A stretch of 64,000 nucleotides of DNA from Malacoraja senta (taxonomy: Eukaryota). A program made the translations under genes and the position numbers. The notes below the pieces were generated by a model. That model worked only from the letters and a program-made list of their open reading frames with translations, was not told the origin of the DNA and searched no databases. How positions within the stretch are numbered: the stretch's first letter is position 1; the number at the start of each line of letters is the position of its first letter. Positions 58,803 to 64,000 of this stretch are shown in pieces. The stretch spans positions 45,446,001 through 45,510,000 of the forward strand of contig CM075979.1 of assembly GCA_038087875.1 (NCBI GenBank). The letters run 5' to 3'.

Positions 58803-61487
58803 CAAGTCAACTTTATTTGTCACATACACATACAAGATGTCCAGTGAAATGAGAGTGGCAATGCTTGTGGGATTGTGCAAAACAACAGAAAAGAACAGAA
58901 CAGAACCAGTATTTACATTAAAAAAAGTAGATGCAACAGCATTTACGCCCTGGTGAGACCAGAGTTTACAGACCTAATGGCCTGTGGGAAGAAACTCTGT
59001 CTCATCCTCTCTGTTTTCACAGTGTGACAGCGGAGGCGCGTGCCTGACCGCAGCTGCTGGAACAGTCCGTTGCTGGGGTGGTAGGGGTCCTTCATGATCC
59101 TGCTGGCTCTGGATCTGCACCTCCTGGTGTATGGGTCCTGAAGGTGGGGGGGGGGGGGGGGTGTAGTTCCCATGGTGCATTCGGCAGAACACACTACTCT
59201 CTGCAGAGCCTTCCTGTCCTGGGCAGAGCTGTTGCCAAACCAGATAGAGATGTATCTGGCAGGATGCTTTCTACAGCACCAGAGTAGAAGGAATGAAGCA
59301 TCCTCACAGAGACTCTGAATTTCCTCAGCTGCCTGAGGTGGTAAAGGCACTGCCTTGCCTTTCTCACCAGTGTGGCAGTGTGTGTTGTCCATGTCAGATC
59401 CTCTGTGATGTGGACTCCCAGGTATTTAAAGCTGCTCACCCTATCCACAGTAGTCCCATTAATCCCCAGTGGCGTGTACGTTCTCAGTTGTTGTGCCCTC
59501 CTAAAGTCCACAATCAGCTCCTTAGTTTTTGTGACATTCAAGAGGAGACTGTTGTCCTGACACCAGAGTGCCAGGTCAGCTACCTCCTCCAGGTAGGCCT
59601 TCTCATCGTTATCGGAGATCAGGGTCACCACCACTGTGTCATCAGCAAACTTAATGATGGAGTTGGAGCTGAAGCTGGCCACACAGTCATGTGTGTACAG
59701 GGAGTACAGTAGGGGGATGAGGACGCAACCCTGGGGGGATCCTGTGTTCAGGGTGAGGGGGTTGGAGGTCTGTCTCCCCATCTTGACCACCTGGGGCCTG
59801 GCGGTGAGAAAGTCCAGGACCCAGGCCCACAGGGGAGTGTTCAGCCCCAGTTCCAGCAGTTTATCAGCAAGTCTGGTGGGGACTATGGTGGTGAAAGCTG
59901 AACTGAAATCAATGAACAGCATCCTCACATAGCCCCCCTTCTGGTCAAGGTGAGAGAGAGTGGTGTGCAGAACCTGGGAGACCGCATCGTCCGTGGACGG
60001 TTTGCGAACTGCAGCGGATCCATGGTACGAGGGAGGAAGGCGCAGATGTAGTCCTTGATCAGTCTCTCGAAGTATTTCATGACCACTGAGGTGAGGGCCA
60101 CTGGTCGGTAGTTATCAAGCAGGCTGGAAAGGCATTCTTAGGCACTGGGACAATAGTGGATCACTTGAAGCAGGCAGGGACCACGGACTTGCCCAGGGAG
60201 AGGTTGAATATTGTGGTGAACACTGGAGCTAACTGATTAGCTACTTTAGTACTTGCCCAGATATACCATCTGGACCTACAGCTTTCCTCGTGTTCACACA
60301 CATCAGAGCCCTCCTCATGTCGTGCTCGGACACCGAGAATGTGTGCACATCCCCAGCGTGGAACTCACTCCAGCCGTGTTAGACAGCGCGCTGATGATGT
60401 TGTTGTTAGCCGGCGAGCTAGGGGTGATGTTGCCACCTCAAATCGTGCATAGAAAGAGTTCAGGTCATCAGCTAAGGAGGCACCAGCACTCCCGGTTGAG
60501 GGGGGGCTGCTCTGGTAATGTGTTATTGTCCGTAGCCCCTGCCACAGGCGTCTGGTGTCACGCTGCTCCATCTGTGACTCCATCCTGTCCTTGTACCTCC
60601 TTTTGGCGTCCTTCACCGCCCTTCACAGTCTATAGGACTCTGCCTTGTAGTCATCCATGTTGCTGGATGCCAGGCCGGAGTTGTAAGCAGCGGTGCGAAC
60701 ATTCAAAGCAACGTGAATGGACCTTTCCACCCAGGGTTGTTGGTTAGGAAAGATGCTAACCCTCACCGTGGGGATGATGTTGTCGACTAGTGTTGCTATG
60801 AAGTCTGTGACAGCTTCCGCAAACTCACTGACGTTTCTGGAACTTGATTGGAACATATTCCAGTCAACGTCACTCAGTGCATCCTGTAGCATGGCCTCTA
60901 AATGGTCAGACCACCACTTTACGTCCTTCGTCACTGCCGCTTCCCGTACTATCCGTTGTTTATACTCCGGCACCAGGAAAATGGCAGCGTGGTCAGATTT
61001 CCCAAAAGGAGGGAGAGAAACGGCTTTGTATCCTTTCTTGAACGGTGTGTAACAGTGGTCCATAGTTCTTTCCCCCCTGGTGACACACGTGATGAGGTGG
61101 CAGAAGTTAGGTATAATATTGTTGAGGTTCGCCCTATGAAAACCCCCAGCCACCACCATAGCCGCGTCAGGATGCTTGTTCTGATGCCGACATAACACAT
61201 CGATGTTGGACCGATAGTGCCGCGTCAGTGTCTGCATGTGGTGGGATGTAGACGGCTGTTATGATGACTCAGCTGAACTCCTGGCGAAGGTAGAATGGAC
61301 GGCATGAGATCGTCAGATGCTCCAGGTCTGACGAGTAGGAATGAGAAAGCATCTTAATATCCTTATGGTTGCACCAGCTGTTGTTGGTCATGAAGCAAAT
61401 CCCTCCACCCTTGGATTTTCCAGACTCTTCCGTTCTATCCGCACGAAAAACAGAGAAGGACGATCACTTGATATGATATGCCTACTA
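58803..61487 (-). mobile_element. Rex-Babar/L2-type LINE, duplicate of 26101-28785
   Basis: Same flanks, same breakpoints and shared frameshifts, so it was copied by segmental duplication rather than inserted anew. Confidence 0.9.
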
Positions 61488-62800
61488 TGAAACAGATCAT
61501 AGAACTGTACAGCACAGGATCAGGCCCTTCAGCCCACATTGTCTGTGCTGAACATGATGCCAAGAACATCAATTAGCTAACTGCACATAACCCATATCCC
61601 TCCATTCCCAGCAAATCCGTGTCTATCCAAAAGTCTGTTAAATGCCACTATCCTATCAGCCTCCACCACCACCCCTGGCCGTGCGTTCTAGTCACCCACC
61701 ATCCACTGTTTATAAAACCTACCCCACACATCTTCAACCTTTGCCCTTCTCATCTTAAAGCTGTGGCCTCTAGTGTATGATTTTTCCAACCTGGGAAAAA
61801 GCTGCTGATAGTCTATCCACGATTAAGTTTATATACTTCTATCAATTTTATATACTTCTATCCTATCATTTTAAATGTTGGGATAGTCCCTGCCTCAACT
61901 ACCTCCTCTGGCAGCTTGTTCCATTAACCAGAATCCTTTGTGTGAAAAAGTTACCTCAGATCTATTCCTCTCATGATTTTGTACACTTCAATACGATCAC
62001 TCCTCATCCTCCTGCACTCCAAGGAATAGTCTCAGCCTACTCAACCTCTCCCTATAGCTCAGACCATCTAGCCCTGGCAACATCCTTGTAAATCTTCTCT
62101 GTACCCTTTCCAGCTTGACAACATATTTCCTATAACATAGTGCCCAGAACTGAACACAATACTCAAAATATGGCCTCACCAACATCTTCTACAACTACAA
62201 CATGACCTCCCAAATTCTATACTCACTACTCTGTCTTAAGAAGGCCAATGTGCCAAACACCATTTTGACCACCCTATCTACCTGTGACCACCTTCAGGGA
62301 ACCATGCACCTGCACTCCTAGATCTCTCTGCTCTACAACACTTCCTAGAGCCCTACCATTCACTGTGTAGATCCTCCCAAACGTTAGACTTCACAAAATG
62401 TAACACCTCACAATTCTTTGTATTACATTCCATCAACCATTCCTCAGCTCACCTGGACACTTTTGTTCAAGATCCTGCTGCAATTTTTCACAACCATATT
62501 CACTATCTGCAAAACACCCCACTTTTGTATCATCAGCAAACTTGCTAATCTTGCCATGTGTGTTCTTATCCAAACCATTAACATAGATGACAAACAGTAA
62601 CGGGTCCAGCACCGAGCCCTGAGGCACACCACTAGTCACAGGCCTCCAATCTGAGAAGCAACCTTCCACCATCACCCTCTGCTTCCTTCCATTAAGCCAA
62701 TTTTCTATCCATTCAGCTATCTCTCCTTGGCTCCCATGCGATCTAACCTTCCAGAGCAGCCTACTATGCGGAACCTTGTCGAATGCTTCACTGAAGTCCA

Positions 62801-63553
62801 AGGGCACCGGGGAGATGGCAGCCCTGCCGGCAGTCTGTTCGTTTTTTCTTTCTTTTTGTTATTTTTCGTATGTTAAAAGTTTTGTTTTAATGTTCTTTGG
62901 TATGTTTTATGTTGGGGGGAAGGGGGGGGATCGGGAGAAACATTTGATTTCAAGTTCTTACCTTCCCGGAGATGTGATCAATTTTCGGATCACATTCTCC
63001 GGGCTCTGCGGCCTTCCATCGATGGAGCTGGAGGCCTCCTCGGACTGTCGTGAGCCCCACAGCGGGGCGCGGACTTAACATCGGAGCGGATCCCTTGCCT
63101 GGGATCGCTCCCACCACGACCACCGTGGACTTACCATCAAGGGCTCGCAGTCTCGGGAAAGGCTAAGTCAGGAGCTCCAACGTCGCGGAAGGCTCGACCA
63201 GCCCCGACGCGAGGTTCGATCGCCCGGCGCGGAGGAGCTGACGCTCCCCCCGATGCAGGAGCTGATCGCCTCGACGCAGGGGGCCCGAACGCCGCCGGCT
63301 ACGAGAATCAAGATCATCCCATCAACGGAGGGCTTGAGGCCCACGAACGAGGAAGAACAAAAGGAAGAACTTGAACTTTATTTCGTCTTCCATCACAGTG
63401 AGGAATGTGTAGGAGTCACTGTGGTGGATGTTCATGTTAAAATGTGTTTTTGAGTGATCTGTTGCTTTTTATTGTATGACTGACCTGGCCAATGAAATTC
63501 TTTGTATGTTGCAAAACATACTTGGCGAATAAAGTATGATTCTGATTCTGATT
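62801..63553 (+). mobile_element. GC-rich non-coding retroposon (SINE-like) with (tctgat)n tail, inserted in a - strand CR1 fragment
   Basis: Interrupts CR1 sequence (cactgaagtcca| ... |atatgaaacatccactgc). aataaa precedes the short-repeat tail. Confidence 0.55.
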
Positions 63554-64000
63554 ATATGAAACATCCACTGCGCTGCCCTCATCGACCTTTTGGTCACGTC
63601 TTCAAAAAACTCAATCAGATTTGTGAAACACAATCTCCCACGTACAAACCATGCTGACTATCGCAAATCAGCCCTTGTCTGTCTAAATGTCTATATATCC
63701 TATCCCTCAGAATACTATCTGGTAACTTTCCAACTACAGATGTTAAGCTCACTGCCCTATAGATCCCAGCATTTTCCCTGCAGCCCTTCTTGAATAGAAG
63801 CACCCTCCAGTCTTCCGGCACCTCTCCTGTATTTAAAGAAGACTCGTAAATTTCAACCAGGGCTCCCACAATTTCCTCTCTGGTTTCCCACAATGTCCAC
63901 GGATATATCTGATCAGGCCCTGGAGATTTGTCTACCTGCATACACTATACATTTGGCCCTTCAAGTCTACTCCGCCATTCAATCATGCTGATCTATCTTT

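Larger units (their letters stand above)
50340..59199. repeat. Head-to-tail tandem duplication: unit 1 50340-54060, unit 2 54061-59199 (B, T, B' exons)
   Basis: Collinear near-identical sequence. Unit 2 has an extra ~1.3-kb CR1 and ~108 bp more near 54440. Confidence 0.93.
58720..64000. repeat. Segmental duplicate of 26020-29648, running off the window end
   Basis: Collinear B' exon, Rex LINE, SINE and CR1 fragment. Position 64000 corresponds to ~29648. There is a ~1.7-kb insertion/deletion difference at 61860-63590. Confidence 0.88.

Noticed and set aside
50340-59199. Tandem duplication as an assembly artefact
   Set aside because: The units differ by scattered substitutions, a ~108-bp indel and a 1.3-kb CR1 insertion. 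Haplotype collapse cannot be fully excluded without reads.

Overview
Eukaryotic, repeat-dense window, most likely from a cartilaginous fish (inferred from the CR1/V-SINE/Penelope repeat content and the gene below). The one host gene is on the + strand and must be assembled from short exons that the ORF track mostly misses. It is a B7-H6/NCR3LG1-like type I membrane protein: leader 13210, IgV 18737, IgC1 22679, TM 25296. Its cytoplasmic tail is long and modular: three copies of a 78-nt exon, a cysteine-less Ig-like exon (30093-30515) after the TM, and eight intact paralogous 90-nt acidic exons. All are phase 1-1 and were generated by nested tandem duplications with readable breakpoints. The locus probably continues past the window end. 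Upstream on the - strand lies a decayed tRNA-Pro-primed endogenous retrovirus (LTR, PBS, splice donor, gag-like ORF with zinc knuckle, no pol seen) and a DIRS element. Introns hold CR1, L1, Rex/L2, RTE, Penelope, Mag-type Gypsy and Harbinger MITE insertions. One TSD-flanked insertion is an L1/CR1/CR1/L1 chimera. All alignments were made by eye.
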